Position numbers and translations under genes: made by a program. Below are positions 1 through 14,633 of a DNA stretch of 64,000 nucleotides, one piece after another (position 1 is the stretch's first letter; each line of letters opens with the position of its first letter). The notes under the pieces were generated by a model that saw only the letters and a list, made by a program, of their open reading frames with translations, made no database searches and had not been told where the DNA came from. The DNA comes from the human T2T-CHM13v2.0 reference genome, Homo sapiens: the NCBI RefSeq assembly GCF_009914755.1, contig NC_060927.1; one strand, written 5' to 3'.

Positions 1-404
1 ATTTACTGTGTTCATTCACTCAAAAGACACGTCAAAACTTCCTAAGTTTAAATATTTCAGAATATGAATCCAGAGTTTCTTGCCTTATGATTTTTTCTAC
101 CACTTAATCAGATGCTTTAATTCTACTTCAACATCATACTTAATAGTGCTATGCATCATAAAATTTTCATATAGGTAATACTAAGTAATATTTTAAAACT
201 TCTACACTGTAATAAAAGCATAGTAGAAAAATATTTTTCCACTTCTACACGTTGTTTCTTTTAAGAATACAATTTCAGGATTTTATGACCAGACCCCTGA
301 AAAGAAAATGCTGAGAAGGCAGGAATGAACTGTTTTGCAGGAAGAGGAACAAAAGAGTATAATATCAGTTAGGAGATAAAATATTCCACCCTCCAATATG
401 CTAC

Positions 405-992
405 CGTCAGAGGCATTTGAACCATAGCAACTCCATCTTGAAGAGGAGCAGCGTTAACATAAGGCTGCGACCTACGGGGCTGCATTCCCAGACAGGCAAT
501 CTAAGTCACAGGATGAGACAGGAGGTTGGCTCAAGATACAGGTCATAAAGAACTTGCTGATTAAAAAGTTTGCAGTAAAGAAACCAGCTAAAACCCCCCT
601 GACCAAGATGGAAAAGAGAGTGACCTCTGGTCATTTTCACTGCTTATTATATGCTAATTATGATGCATTAGTCTGCTAAAAGACACTCCCACCAGCACCA
701 TGGCAGTTTTCAAATGCCCTAGCAATGTCAGGGAGTTACCCTATATGGTCTAAAAGGGGGAGGCATGAATAATCTACCCCTTGTTTAGCATATAATCAAG
801 AAATAACCATAAAAATGGGCAACCACCAGCCCTCAGGGCTGCTTTGCCTATGGAATAGCCATTCCTTTATTCCTTTGCTTTCTTAATAAAGCTGCTTTCA
901 CTTTTACTCTGTGGATTTGCCTCAGATTCTTTCTTGCATGAGATCCAAGAACACTCTTTCAGGGTCTGGATCAGGACCCCTTTCTGGTAACA
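405..992 (+). mobile_element. MER41 solo LTR (ERV1)
   Basis: Starts (C/T)GTCAGAGGCATTTGAACC..AGCAACTCCATCTTG and ends GGACCCCTTTCTGGTAACA, with AATAAA near 885. Matches the MER41 consensus as I recall it. Confidence 0.85.
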
Positions 993-1341
993 GTATGAAA
1001 ATAATAAAACCATAGAAATCAGAAATCCTATAGATCAGGGGTTTTTTCAAAATGTGTTGTTTTGTTTTATTCTCATATAGCAGTTGTCAAACACTTAGAA
1101 GCATCCTGCTGCCTAACGGAACCACCTCTTAGCACCCTCCTTAGTCTCTGACAGCACAATCAGGAGATGTCAACATGTAAGTAAGGAACCACTATGAATG
1201 TGACCAGGGAGCTACTAGTTGTGTATTCTGCCAAATCAGCTGACCGAGTTACTTTAGCCATGGGGTTGTATGAGAAAACTGATTGTGGATCCGTAATCTT
1301 GGATCTCGCACATGACTGACAGAGAGGAAGCAGTCATGACT

Positions 1342-1777
1342 TGAGAAAAGAATTTTTATCTGAGAATTTTACATTATCAAGCCCAGAAAGGCATTAAAAT
1401 CAGACAGAAATAACATCCCACTGCACCCCTTTTATGAGCTGTGTACTCATGTCTTGATACAGCTTGCTATTGCCACAAGCAGCTATAAATTAACCTAATA
1501 ATGCCTCAGCAGATACTATAACCCACACCCTGCAGCTCAACAATGTATAGCCAATCAATAGCTGATGTTATTTCAATGTAAATTCTTGATAAACAACTCA
1601 GGAACTCGCTCTTTTTTCCCTCTTTAAAAATCAACTTGTAACTGCTGCTAATTGGAGTGTATATTCAGGGCAACTTGAATCTATACTCCCAGGTTCCCAG
1701 GAATCAATCCTCAAGCTTGGCCAAAAGAAACTCTGCTTCCATTAATTTTGCTTCAGCTTCTTCCTTGTAAGTCAACA
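1342..1777 (+). mobile_element. ERV1-type solo LTR (MER4 group; subfamily uncertain)
   Basis: TG...CA ends, CCAAT box, and the segment GGAGTGTATATTCAGGGCAACTTGAATCTAT...CCTCAAGCTTGGCC typical of MER-class LTRs. Confidence 0.6.
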
Positions 1778-1806
1778 GCTTAATGTTTGAAAGCAATGAG
1801 AAGTTA

Positions 1807-2525
<719 letters not shown>

Positions 2526-3318
2526 CTAGGGAGGTATAACCAGTTTTGTTGATAAAATGTTGGTTACTTACAGAAATTGAAAATATAACAACCAAAAGTA
2601 AACCACACCCAGATACCAGAATTTAAACTCCCAGTAGCCTGAGCTGCTTGCCAAATGCCTTTCCATGGAGTAGATAGAATTTAACCCATCTTCTCACCTG
2701 ACTCTGAATTCCTTCTCTTTCTCAAATCTTCCCACTTTTATTCCCCATTATTTCATTCCTTAATGATTTTCCAAAAACATTCTCCTAAATTACCTCTGAA
2801 AATAACAAGAGATAACACTTGGTCTGTGTTATCAGTGCAGTATTCCCCGCTTCCAAGCCTCTTTGTCATTATTGGTGTCTCAGCTTCAAAAGTGAAACTT
2901 TACTGCAGTCTAGGTTTCTTTTCTGACTCCTTGTCCCTTGGCTGTTCATGGAGGTTCCATTTCCCTACTGTAACTTATTGCCAAATAGCATACACATTAA
3001 ATCCAAGGGACCTTGGACAGCCATGTGTAAGTCAGGGCATTGGTTTTATTGCCAGAACAGTATCTACTGACTCTTTCTTGTTCCGCAATTCTGAGATGAC
3101 AGGATCCAGTGTTTGGAGTTATAATACTACACTCAAATAATCTTCATCATATTTCCAAATGGATATAGAGTCAGCTTTCAAAAATATTTACCAAAACTAC
3201 TGAATATTGCTACAAAAGTGACTTTCAAATAACAATGTGATTTACATTTGGAATAATGAGTTAAATACAAAAGAGACAAATGCAGCTGAACATTACAAGG
3301 ACCAAACAACTACTTTAC

Positions 3319-3447
3319 CAAAGCACAGTTATCTATGTCTCCATCCCTCTTCTGCATCTGTTCTATTGTGTTCTCCCATTGTTTAATGAGTTCTTGTCTT
3401 TCATTATGAATCTTACGAAAATCTTGTGCTGCTTTATCCAATTCTAA
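3319..3447 (-). CDS. CCDC39: CCDC39 exon 6 ([24 protein letters not shown]...DIDNCAL); gene continues beyond the window start
   Basis: 129 nt. AG at 3449-3448, GT at 3318-3317. Confidence 0.96.
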
Positions 3448-3543
3448 CTGTCAAACAGAGAGCAAAGAACATTTCTGTGAATTTAAGTGGTTTTGCAAAC
3501 ATCACCTTGAAAATTAAGAAATAAAAATCTTCCTTAAACTAAC

Positions 3544-3636
3544 CTGTGCGCTTATAGTCTCTGTAAGTTCGTTGTCAAGTATCTTTCTTTTCTGATTACA
3601 TTCCAAAGTTAGTCTTTCTAATTGCAGAGTCAGTGC
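3544..3636 (-). CDS. CCDC39: CCDC39 exon 5 ([31 protein letters not shown])
   Basis: 93 nt. AG at 3638-3637, GT at 3543-3542. Followed by a 96-nt intron. Confidence 0.96.
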
Positions 3637-4436
3637 CTATGATGTAATTATATACAGATACTTATAATTCTCATTCTATTAATTTAAATGTTATTAGTGT
3701 ATCTAACATTAAATAGTATTACACTATACATTTACATTTATTTTATATCTAAAACTGTGAAATAATAAATATCTTTCTTATCTTTTAACCCCAAAAAGCT
3801 AATCTAATGTGTTTGCATATAGCTGCATAAAAACTCAATTGTTTCTAAAATGACTTTTAATATTTTTAAAGTAAATTAGAAAAAAGATTAAGTTATAATT
3901 TCCTATTTGAAAGTTTTAAAATAATGCATTGGTATTAAATCTACTAGAAAATAGCATGTTTTATAATACTAGCTTTATTAGTATCACCAGATATAAGTAG
4001 ATTTTAAGTGATTTTTATAACATAATCAATAGCACTACAGTCTCAAATCAGCAAAAACTACATGTAATATTCAAACTACATTTTAGGCAAAATAGCTAAA
4101 ATATATTAAAATAGTTCTAGTGGAAAACTTTCTCTTCTGAAATGCTTTTGAGCATCCTTATAAATCAGGATATTCTTAACCTGCGATCCATGAATCCTCA
4201 AATAATCAAAGGGAATCAGAGAATCTATGAAACAGTCAGCAATATTTTATGGGTATTTGAATATAGTCATTTTTTCTACAGAGAAGACATTTGGCTTTAT
4301 TAGCTTCTCCAAGAAGCCTCTGACTCAGAAGTTTAAGAATTGCTGCCTTAAAAATCCTAAGTATAACTTTAGGTAAATAGGTTGACATACTACAGAGTTA
4401 GAGAAAACCTAACAGTTACAATTTGTAATTTCTCAC

Positions 4437-4595
4437 CCTGATTTTATTATCATCTTGTTGTGCATACTTCTGGAGAGTGAGAGCATCACTATCTTTATGA
4501 GCTGATTCTTCTAACCAGGCCTCCAATGCTTGCTGGTCCCAGTTCATTTGACATTTCAAACCATCCAATTTTTGAGTGGCTTTAAATATGCCATT
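4437..4595 (-). CDS. CCDC39: CCDC39 exon 4 ([27 protein letters not shown]...QQDDNKIR)
   Basis: 159 nt. AG at 4597-4596, donor AGG|GTGAG at 4436. Confidence 0.96.
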
Positions 4596-5727
4596 CTAAT
4601 TTCCAAAGAGAGAGAGAAAAGGGGAGATTACAAAACATTACTTACTATACAGACTAAAATAAAACATACCTTTATATACTATGGAGCAAAATTAAAAATG
4701 AGGAAATCCTGTCCCTGCCTTCCAGATGTTTATAATATGCCATATTTTAATAATATAAACTATAATTATATAGCTTGTATCTTAATTCTTTCATTGTAAA
4801 ATAGAGGAGAGATGACTATACAAAGTCAAGAACAGTAGTTGAGCCAAAGCTTGCTTTAAAAGCCTTTAGGCTTTAAGGTAGCTCCCTCACAGCAACTGCA
4901 TTAATCATTCCACCAAAGCCACCCCAAATATATATGCAATCATAATTAAAATAATATGTTTGGTATGCTAACTCAAATCCAAGACAAGTATCCTTCAGCC
5001 CCATTTCCAATCATATTGTTTGCCCTAAGAAGTCTCTTATAGAGAAATTTTGGAAACATTTCTAACTGAAGTAAATATAGTAAAAGAGATAAAAACATTT
5101 ATGTATATTTAGTCACTTAACAAATCTAGACTCATAAAAAAACAGAGACAACTATATAAACAAATACAAATTAATAAGTATGTAATTATACACAAAGATT
5201 ACATTATAAAATATGTAAGTGTATTTCCATATGTATATGCACATGTAAAGAGAAGAATCAGAATTTGGAAAGAGCTCCCAAATCAAGTAACTATAAACTA
5301 AAGAAAAGACAGAAATAGGTTAAAGTAGTTTAATGTTAGAGTCACAAAACTGATAAATCAATATGAAAGGTCAATATTTTAAATGAAATTCAAAACTAAA
5401 AGTATTTTTTAAAATGTGGCTGTTAAAAATCTAACACTTACATATAAACCACGCCTAGTATTTTATAACAGGCAGCAAGCATGGTACTTTGCATATAGTA
5501 AGCCTCAGTAAGTAGCTGATGAATGAATAATGGGAAAATGTACTATTCTATTATTGTTTCATTCAAATCACAGCTCCATGTGCCTTTCACTGTCCAAAAA
5601 ATACGTAAGTAAACACTAGGAAACTAATGTATGCCTTTCCCATACAAGAAAAAAAAAAGTCAATGCTCATTTGGTGATGGAAGAATGAGCAGTAGCACAG
5701 AATTTTAAGTAATATTTCAACATATAC

Positions 5728-5874
5728 TTCTTTATCACTTTTCTTTTCCAGTATTGAAGCCATCTCATTTTCCAGCCGTTGAATTTCATCTTTCACTCGT
5801 CCCAATTCTCTTTGAGCAATGGCCTTAAAATGTTCTTCACTTTCAGTCTCACGCTCCCTTGCTTTGCAAAGAGA
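5728..5874 (-). CDS. CCDC39: CCDC39 exon 3 ([16 protein letters not shown]...ILEKKSDKE)
   Basis: 147 nt. AG at 5876-5875, GT at 5727-5726. Overlaps ORF 5587..5805 ([25 protein letters not shown]). Confidence 0.96.
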
Positions 5875-7202
5875 CTACAGAATAACACACAAGATAAAAA
5901 GGCTTTTAAAATTTTAGAAATTTTGAATACAAATATTTATAATAATCCATTAGATTAAAACAAAGTTCCCATAAATTGCTTACATTAAGTACTACTAATT
6001 CCACTACTCTAAAATCTACATTACATTAGACTGTGATTACAATATAGTTGGTGTTGCTCACTAGTTGTAAGAAAGTCAATGAACTGTGCTAGGAGAAAAT
6101 ACTGTCAATAGTTTTCAGATACTACGCTGGTCTAGGAAAACTAAAGAAAACCAAAGTTTCAGTTAGACTTAAAACTTATTATCTACAAATAAGAAATATC
6201 CATTAAAAAACAGTTGAGAAATGACATGTTTTATATGAATTGATCACATATTCTAATTAACAGACATTATTTTTAAATAATTATTTAAACACCAATGGTT
6301 GTGAATATTCTCTAGAATATATTAGCATATAATCACATCTTTATGTTCAGTTTTATGTAATAAAAGAGTATGTGTTAACTAATTTTACAGTGCTTCAAAG
6401 TTATCACTTAGTATTAATTTTACAGTACTAAAGCTACCATTGTTGGAGGTTTATTATTCTTTTGTCTCTATTACTCTATTCATTTGAGGTTTGATGATAA
6501 TAAGATACAACTACAGAGTCTCTGCCTCTCCAATCCCCAGCTCAGTAGTTTAACAACTTAAGGAAAAGTGTTGTTCCAAATAGTTTATCAATTACTCAAT
6601 CACATTGAGATTCAAGAATTCTGAGTTTGTTTTTAAGTTTATTAAATTTGTAACTTTCTAATAAGACTTGTAAGTCATGAAATACTTATCTATATTGATT
6701 ATAAATTGCTTTTTAAAATATGGCACTGTTCATTTTTTTGAAACTACATACTATTTCTCAGACAGTAGATGCACTTTAAAAAAACTAGTTTGAGACAGAA
6801 GTTAGAAAACTCTCCAATGCTGTTTGCTGAGCTGCCTGGTTTGCTGGGCATCATTAGGGAGTGAGTTTCTACACTTGAACAGATTATGAAGCTTACTTAA
6901 TAACCACAAGTTTTAATTTTTATTATATTTATGTTAACATTTCTAAGATGCCTAATGTCTTCCCCAGTTATCTTAAATAAAGTCTCTTAAGTATAATCTA
7001 ACTTTTTAATCTCAGGATTATTATTATGAATTTCAATTCTTGAACAATGCTAAGATGTGTAGACTACTGGCCTCCACTCAAAATGGCCCCAGTGAGTTGT
7101 GCTGAAAAATTAAAAAGGAGACAGAAATTTTATTATGTATTATATTAGTTCTGTTTCTGCTTATAGCCATCATTTCTCACCACCATCATTGTACCTTTCT
7201 CA

Positions 7203-7552
<350 letters not shown>

Positions 7553-7733
7553 TTGGACCAGTAGTTAGTTCCTCTAAGCCTTTTTCTATCTACTTTCATG
7601 TTCAAGGTTATGTTCACAATAGTTTAATTATGCTAAGGTTTCCTATTATAGCTGTAAAAATCGCAGATGTAAATATACTATGAGATGTTCCATGACTACA
7701 CGATATAATCAACATAAATTTCAGTTACTGTAC

Positions 7734-7853
7734 CTGTGTAATTGAGAGCTCTTGCTTAACATTTTTGAAGTGAGAAGTCATAGAATTAATTCGCTCTTCA
7801 TACTCACGTAACTCATCTTGCAAGCTTGCTCTTTCATCCTTCAGCTTTGACAA
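7734..7853 (-). CDS. CCDC39: CCDC39 exon 2 ([40 protein letters not shown])
   Basis: 120 nt open frame. AG acceptor at 7855-7854, GT donor at 7733-7732. Continues the CCDC39 coiled coil. Confidence 0.96.
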
Positions 7854-7947
7854 CTGTAAATAATAAATACTATGATTAACCAAAGTCCTATTAAGTTTTA
7901 CCATATGAAGGACCTAAAATCAAAGAAAATTAAATTTTCATTTACAT

Positions 7948-8324
7948 TGTCTTAGTCAATTTGGACTGCTATAACAAAAATATCATAGACTAGGTAGCTT
8001 AAACAAAATTTAATTTGATTCATGAGAAATTCCTCACAGTTCTGAAGGCTAGGAAGTCCAGGATCAAGGTGCCAACTAATATGATTCCTGGTGAGGGCCC
8101 TCTTTCTTATTTGCAGACAGATGCCTTCTTGCTGTATCTTCACATGACAGAGAAAGAGATCATCTCCCTCTTGTCTTTTCTTAAAAGAGCACCAACACCA
8201 TTCATGAGGGCTCTACCTCTATGACCTGTTTACTTCTCAAAGGCTTCACCTCGAAATACCATCACATTGAGGATTGAGACCACCATATGAATTTTGGGAG
8301 GACACAAACATTAAAAACATAGCA
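7948..8324 (-). mobile_element. MLT1A-like MaLR LTR
   Basis: TGTCTTAGTC...GCTATAACAAAA...CACAGTTCTGAAGGCTAGGAAGTCCAGGATCAAGGTGCC...ACATAGCA pattern. Confidence 0.8.
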
Positions 8325-8565
8325 TTTTGTTTCTTTAAATGTCCACATGAACTTCTAAAATCTACTAATTCTTTAAATGTTATAAAATAGTGTTGTGATT
8401 TGGAGATTGCTGTGGGAAAATTAGCACCATATTACACGGAATGGAAATCTCTCTTAGATTTGCAGCGGTAGCAGATCTACTCAAAAATGCATTTTTCATA
8501 CAGCAATACTATATTTTTATAGGGCAAAAATGAGATTCTACTCCATTATTAAACCACAAGAGATC

Positions 8566-8919
<354 letters not shown>

Positions 8920-9814
8920 TAACAAAAACAGAGCAGGAACCATAAATGTGAATAGTCGCAAGGCATCAAGCATGATTTCTTCTCCAAGAACTCCTTTTCA
9001 AACCCCATTGAACTGGGCTAAGTTTAAGAGAACAGAACAACTGACTCTTATGTACCTAGAAACTGTTGCTTAATGTATTTTGTTTACCTTTGAATTATAA
9101 CTCTGACTGGAAACAAAACTGTGTAAATGTTAAACAAAATAAATCCTTGGGAAATTATAAGACAGATTCTCAGGATTATTAGAATATACTGTCCCTCAAA
9201 GCAGCATATAAGCTCAACAAAATAAAAATATGCTTTCTTGAGGTCTGGAGCTACAGTCCCCAAAGTCAGGGATATCTCCTGAGGGTACACAACACAATCC
9301 ACGGAAGTGTGAAAGGAAATATTAGAATTTCAATTTAAGAAAAAAATACTAATTTACTCATTTGTATGTCCTATACTAATATTAAATTTTTTTTTGCTTT
9401 TTGTGTCATTAAACTTTTAATTCCCTCTCGTTTCCTGTTCTTTTTTTAAAAAGTTATTAAAATGAGTTCTTAGTTTCTTTACTTTTTGTCTTAATGATTG
9501 AATTAAAAAGGCATTTAAGGCTATATGTTTTCTTTAAATAAAATTTTTGCCGTTTCCCATGGATCTGGGCATAAAGCAGTCTCTTTATTGTTTTCTAAAA
9601 GGTGATTTTTCCTTTTCAATTTCTTTTTCATATAAGGGCCACCCAAGAATATTTCTCAGAAACATGCCTAAGTATTTAATACGGAGGATCATTTTTAATT
9701 ATTTAATAATTTTTAAAAATAATTTAAAAATAATCTATTATAAATTCTATTGGCTTATCATCAAATAATGTGACCTACAAAATGTTTGTTTGTACAGCAT
9801 TTTAGGGATTATAA

Positions 9815-10141
9815 TTTTTTAATTTTGGCAAAATATACAACATAAAATATTCCATTTTAACCATTGCTATGTGTACAGTTCAGTGGCAATAAGTACATTC
9901 ACCCTGTTATACAACCATTACCACCAATCCATCTACAGAACTTTTTCATCTTCCCTGAACCTCTATACAGATAAACACTGACTCCCCATTCCCTGCTCCT
10001 CTCAGCCCCTGACATCCACCATTCCACTTTCCATCTCTATGAATTTGACTACTCTAGGTACCTCATATAAATGCAATCATGCAATATTTGGCCTTTTGTT
10101 TCTGGGTTATTCACTTAGCATAATGCTTTCAAGTTTCGTCA
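9815..10141 (-). mobile_element. old L1 (L1MB-like) 3' fragment
   Basis: CCATTTTAACCATT..GTGTACAGTTCAGTGGCA..TAAGTACATTCAC and GAATTTGACTACTCTAGGTACCTCATATAA motifs. Confidence 0.75.
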
Positions 10142-11960
10142 TTGACTTTTAATGCATTAAGATTTTGTTTTGGTATAGTACATGATCCACTCTTGTAAAT
10201 GTTTTATGGGTATGTTTTAAGGTGTATGTTATCTATTCAAGAGACAGGTGTCTCTATGTTTTTACTTTTATTGTATTATATCCCATATATCCTTATTTTT
10301 GTCTAGTAGAGTTGTCTAATTCTGAGGTGCTCATTAATGAAATAGCTCACTGTAACTGTACTTTTGTCAAAGTCTACTTGCATTTATAATAGGTCTTGCT
10401 TTTAAGTAATTAGCTTTTGTGTTTTGTACATACAGCTTTATGACTTTTATTTGCTTCATCAATTATGCCATTTATAATTGCATAATGTCCCCAGAGCAAA
10501 CTTCTGACTTTTAAATGAAAGCATAATTAACTCTCCATAAGTTGAAAAGCCCTTCCCCAAAGAGTTTCCAAACAACATTTTATAGCTTCTTTCTTAAATA
10601 TAAAGGGACATGTAACAATCACCAGATATTTATTGAAAACTTACATCATGTGCAGGATGCCAAAATAAGCAAAGAAGATCCCAGAAGAAACAGATAATTC
10701 AGGACAAAAAAGACAAGAACTAAATACATACACATTACACATACGCACACACACACACACAATCAGATTGGAGAAGATATTTTACCCCTAAAACAAGACC
10801 ATGGTGCTACAAAAAAGCAACAAAGAACTTGAAAATATAGTTCATCAATATAGTTGCCGAAATAAAACATGCAATGGAAAGATAAAACCCTAAATACTTT
10901 CAGAGTTTTTTTTTAAAAAAGGTAAACTACAAAGAAACAGAAATCAGACTAATATCAGATTACTAACTGAAACACAGCTGGAAGATAATTGATACATTCC
11001 AAATTCTGAAGTAAAATTATTTTCAACTTAGAGTCTTCTACCCAGTCAAACTACCATCAGATGTGAGTGTAAATAAAGATATTTTCAGAGATTCAAAGAT
11101 TCAGAGTGTTTACATCTCAAACAGTCTTCTTATGGAGACACAAGAAACTATTCTATCAAAATAAGGGAATAATACAGACACACTCCATTTCATTGCACTT
11201 TATTGTACTTCTCCAATGGCACATTTTTAACAAAGTGAAGGTTTGTGGCAACCCTGTGTCTAGCAAGTCTATTAGCATCATTTTTCCAATAGCATGTGCT
11301 TATTTTGTGTCTCTATGTCACATTCTGGTACCTCTTGCAATATTTAAAATTTTTTCATTATTATTATATCTGTTATGGTTATCAGTGATCAGTGAGCGTC
11401 GATGTTACTATTGTGATTGTTTTGGGGTGCCACAAACCGTGCCTCTCTAAGACAATGAACTTAATCAAAAAATGTTGTATCTGTTCTGACTGCACCACTG
11501 ATCAGGCCTCCCTCATCTCTCTCCCTCTTTTGGGGCCTCTCTATTCCTTGAAACACAATATTGAAATTAGGCCAATTAATAACCTTGCGATGGCCTCTAT
11601 GTATAAAAATCAAAAGCTAGAAATGATGAAGGCCCAAAGTTGACATTGGCCAAAAACTCAGCCTCTTGCACCAAACAATTAACTAAGTTGTGAATACAAA
11701 GGAAATGTTCTTGAAGAAAATTAAAAGTGCTGCTCCCTTGAACACACAAATGATAAGAAAGCAAAATAGCCTTATTGCTGACATGGAAAAAGTGAGGTAG
11801 GGATGGGTCTAGACTCCAGAGGCAGGACTCAGACACCAGACCAAATTGAGGACTAGCTAAAACAGGTTCAGGCGAAGGCAGGTTTCTATAAGACATGCTC
11901 ACCAGTGTGCCATGTCAGTTCACCTTTGCCATGGCAACACCCAGAAGTTATTACCCCTTT

Positions 11961-12270
11961 GAACCAGGCACAATGGCTCATGCCTGTAATCCCAATATGT
12001 TGGGAGGCCAAGGCGGACAGATCACTTGAGACCGGGAGTTCAAGACCAGTCTTGCAAACATGGCAAAACCCATCTCTACTAAAAATAAAAAAAAATTAGC
12101 CGGGTATGGTGGCACACAATGGTAGTCCCAGCTACTTAGGAAGCTAAAGTAGGGGGATCACTTGAGCCTGGGAGACAGAGGTTGCAGTCGGCTCAGCTCA
12201 TGCCACTGCACTCTAGCCTGCGCAAAAAAATGAGACCCTGTCTCAAAAAAACAAAACAAATGAAAAAACC
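11961..12270 (+). mobile_element. Alu (apparently chimeric)
   Basis: Left arm resembles the Alu at 14787. Right arm and downstream flank resemble the Alu at 31659. No matching TSD pair. Confidence 0.85.
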
Positions 12271-12289
12271 AAGGACTCTTCCAGACTTG

Positions 12290-14540
12290 GGGTCTTCAGA
12301 TATGCTGGTGTCTCTTCCTAGAACATTTTTCTTCCCTAATGGCTAGTTGTATATTATTATTCAGGGCCTCATATTATTCAGTTTGTATATAAAATTAGAG
12401 AGGCCGTCCCTGCCCACTTAATTCAATACAGTTTTTCCCAGTTATTTTCTCTCATGGCAACCTTTTCACATTTAGTAATTACCTTCAAACAACTTACCAC
12501 AATTAGTAACTATGTTTCTATTTGTTGTTTATTTATTTTCTATCTTTGCTACTAGATTATAAGATGAATGACAACAGGAACCATATGCATTCTTAAAAAT
12601 TTTTTGCTTAAGCTTAATAGCAAGAAGCATATGCATTTTGTTCACCAGACATTCACAATCTAGAGTAATGCCTAGAACATAATAGCACTCAATAAAAATC
12701 CACAGAGAGAACAGATATAGGAATTACAAGAGTTTTAGATTTGTATGGAGTTATATCTGTCAGTCCTTTCTTTGGTGATTTTTATGTTTTGTGCTACACT
12801 GAGGAATGCCTTTCCCAGATTATTTTAAAAGTCTCCAATAATTTCTTCTCATACTTATATAATTACATATTCTACAGCAAAATTTGTAATGCACATGAAA
12901 TGCATGTTCGTATGTGAGAGGAAGCAGATTCATAACTCTTTTTTCAAAACAAATAGCAATAGACCATTCATTAAATAATTTATCTCTCTCCTTTGATTTG
13001 AAATGCATTCTTTTTATATTAAATTCTCACACATGGAAAGATATGCTTCTGGATGTCTGGTGTTTCGTTGATTTATTTATCTTTACAAAAGTGTCACACT
13101 GTTTTGAGTAGCATAGCTTTTTAGTATGGTAGGGCAAAACATACTACCACCACCATCACAACTATTCTGTCTAGTATCACACACTTTCACCTCCAAATGA
13201 ACTTTGGAATTGAGTTGTCAAGTGTTTTTTAAAGAGCCCTAGGCATTTTCACTGAAACTTTCTTGAATATACAGAATAATTTAAGAACTGAAACTTTTAT
13301 CATATTGTCTTCCTACCCAGAAATATGTAAATGTCTCCATTTGTTCAGATCTTCTTTTATGTAATTAATTCTTAATATACTTGCACATGACCAGATTCAG
13401 AGCATTTCTATAACCCCAGAATTAGAAGAAACCTCCAAGATTGCCCTGACTACAAAATGTACATCAGCAACATGCAGTGCTTTTACACTTCCACTGATTA
13501 GGTACTCACTACCTCCTAAGGAAATACATTTTCCCACAATAGATAATGAAATAGATAATGACTTGGATAATGAAATAAGTCTCATAGGGAAAATGTCAGA
13601 GGGGTCCTGTAATTGTCCTGTTTCACAATTTCCTTATCTACACAAAATGCTTTTTTAGTGATGATTATCTTGACCAGTATCTATAAAAATTTTTAAAAAT
13701 ATACACGTCACAAGGCTGCATCAGATCGTTGACTGCTCTGTTGAGCACTGTTAATGAAAGAGATGGATGTAAATAAAGTCTTTATAAAGGGGCACTGACT
13801 TCACAGCCAAATATTATGCAATATTTCTGAAATCATTGTTACTTTTTTTCAGTGTTTTCATCATTGTTCCTGGCACATAGTAATCTCTTGATTAATACTC
13901 ACTGAATTAACGAATCGATCGTTCTTATGGATTTTTTCTCCTCATAACGGGGACATAACTACATTAAAAACATGTTCTAATGCAGAGGAACAGTAAAGAC
14001 CTCTCTAATTACAGACTTTCAATATCCTTTTCTGGGAAATACACATTCATAATTTGTTTTTGCCCATGACAACCACTGCCTTGTAAAAAAAAAATTATGT
14101 AATATACTTAATATTTTTAAGGATGTGTACAAGTATTATCATGTAATTAAGTTGGGTACAGTGGTGTGTATGGAAGGGGTGTGTGTGTGTGTGTGTGTGT
14201 GTAATTAATTCCTGAAGATGAGTGACATTAAACAAAAGCTGACAATTTTCTATGACTATTTCCTAGAATCCAAGGCAAAGAAGAAAAGAAAGGTCTTTAT
14301 ATCAAAGTATTCTCACCTACAAGTAAAATGGTCCTAAAAATCAAAAGATTTGGTTAAACCAATACTTTAAGAAGCTTTGATATTCAGAGGTCCACACTTT
14401 TACTAGTGGAAAAACACACTTTACTGATTTTATTCATTTACTCTAATTCCACAGATGGTGCTTCATGTCTGTATATGTAAAGTACCACAGTGCCTTTTTT
14501 TTCTCTTTTTTTTTTTTTTTTTGCTTTCTTTACTTTTTTT
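12290..14540 (+). repeat. ~2.2-kb direct duplicate, copy 1 (paralog of ~31967-34200)
   Basis: Collinear match by eye. Near-identical ORF pairs 12820/32482 and 12914/32576 (offset 19662). Shared (GT)n and terminal T-rich tract. Confidence 0.95.
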
Positions 14541-14633
14541 CATTTAATTTCTTGAAATAAATCAAAAGTGCTACTCCCTTGAACATACAAATGATAACAA
14601 AGCAAAATAGCCTTATCACTGATATGGAGAAAG

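Noticed and set aside
3317-5876. Possible pathogenic splice or nonsense changes in CCDC39 exons 3-6
   Set aside because: All inspected donors and acceptors are canonical and the frames are open, so the allele looks intact.
12820-13111. Short ORFs repeated almost identically at 32482-32773 (possible small gene family)
   Set aside because: They are a by-product of the DNA duplication, with no splice or promoter context and no recognisable protein.
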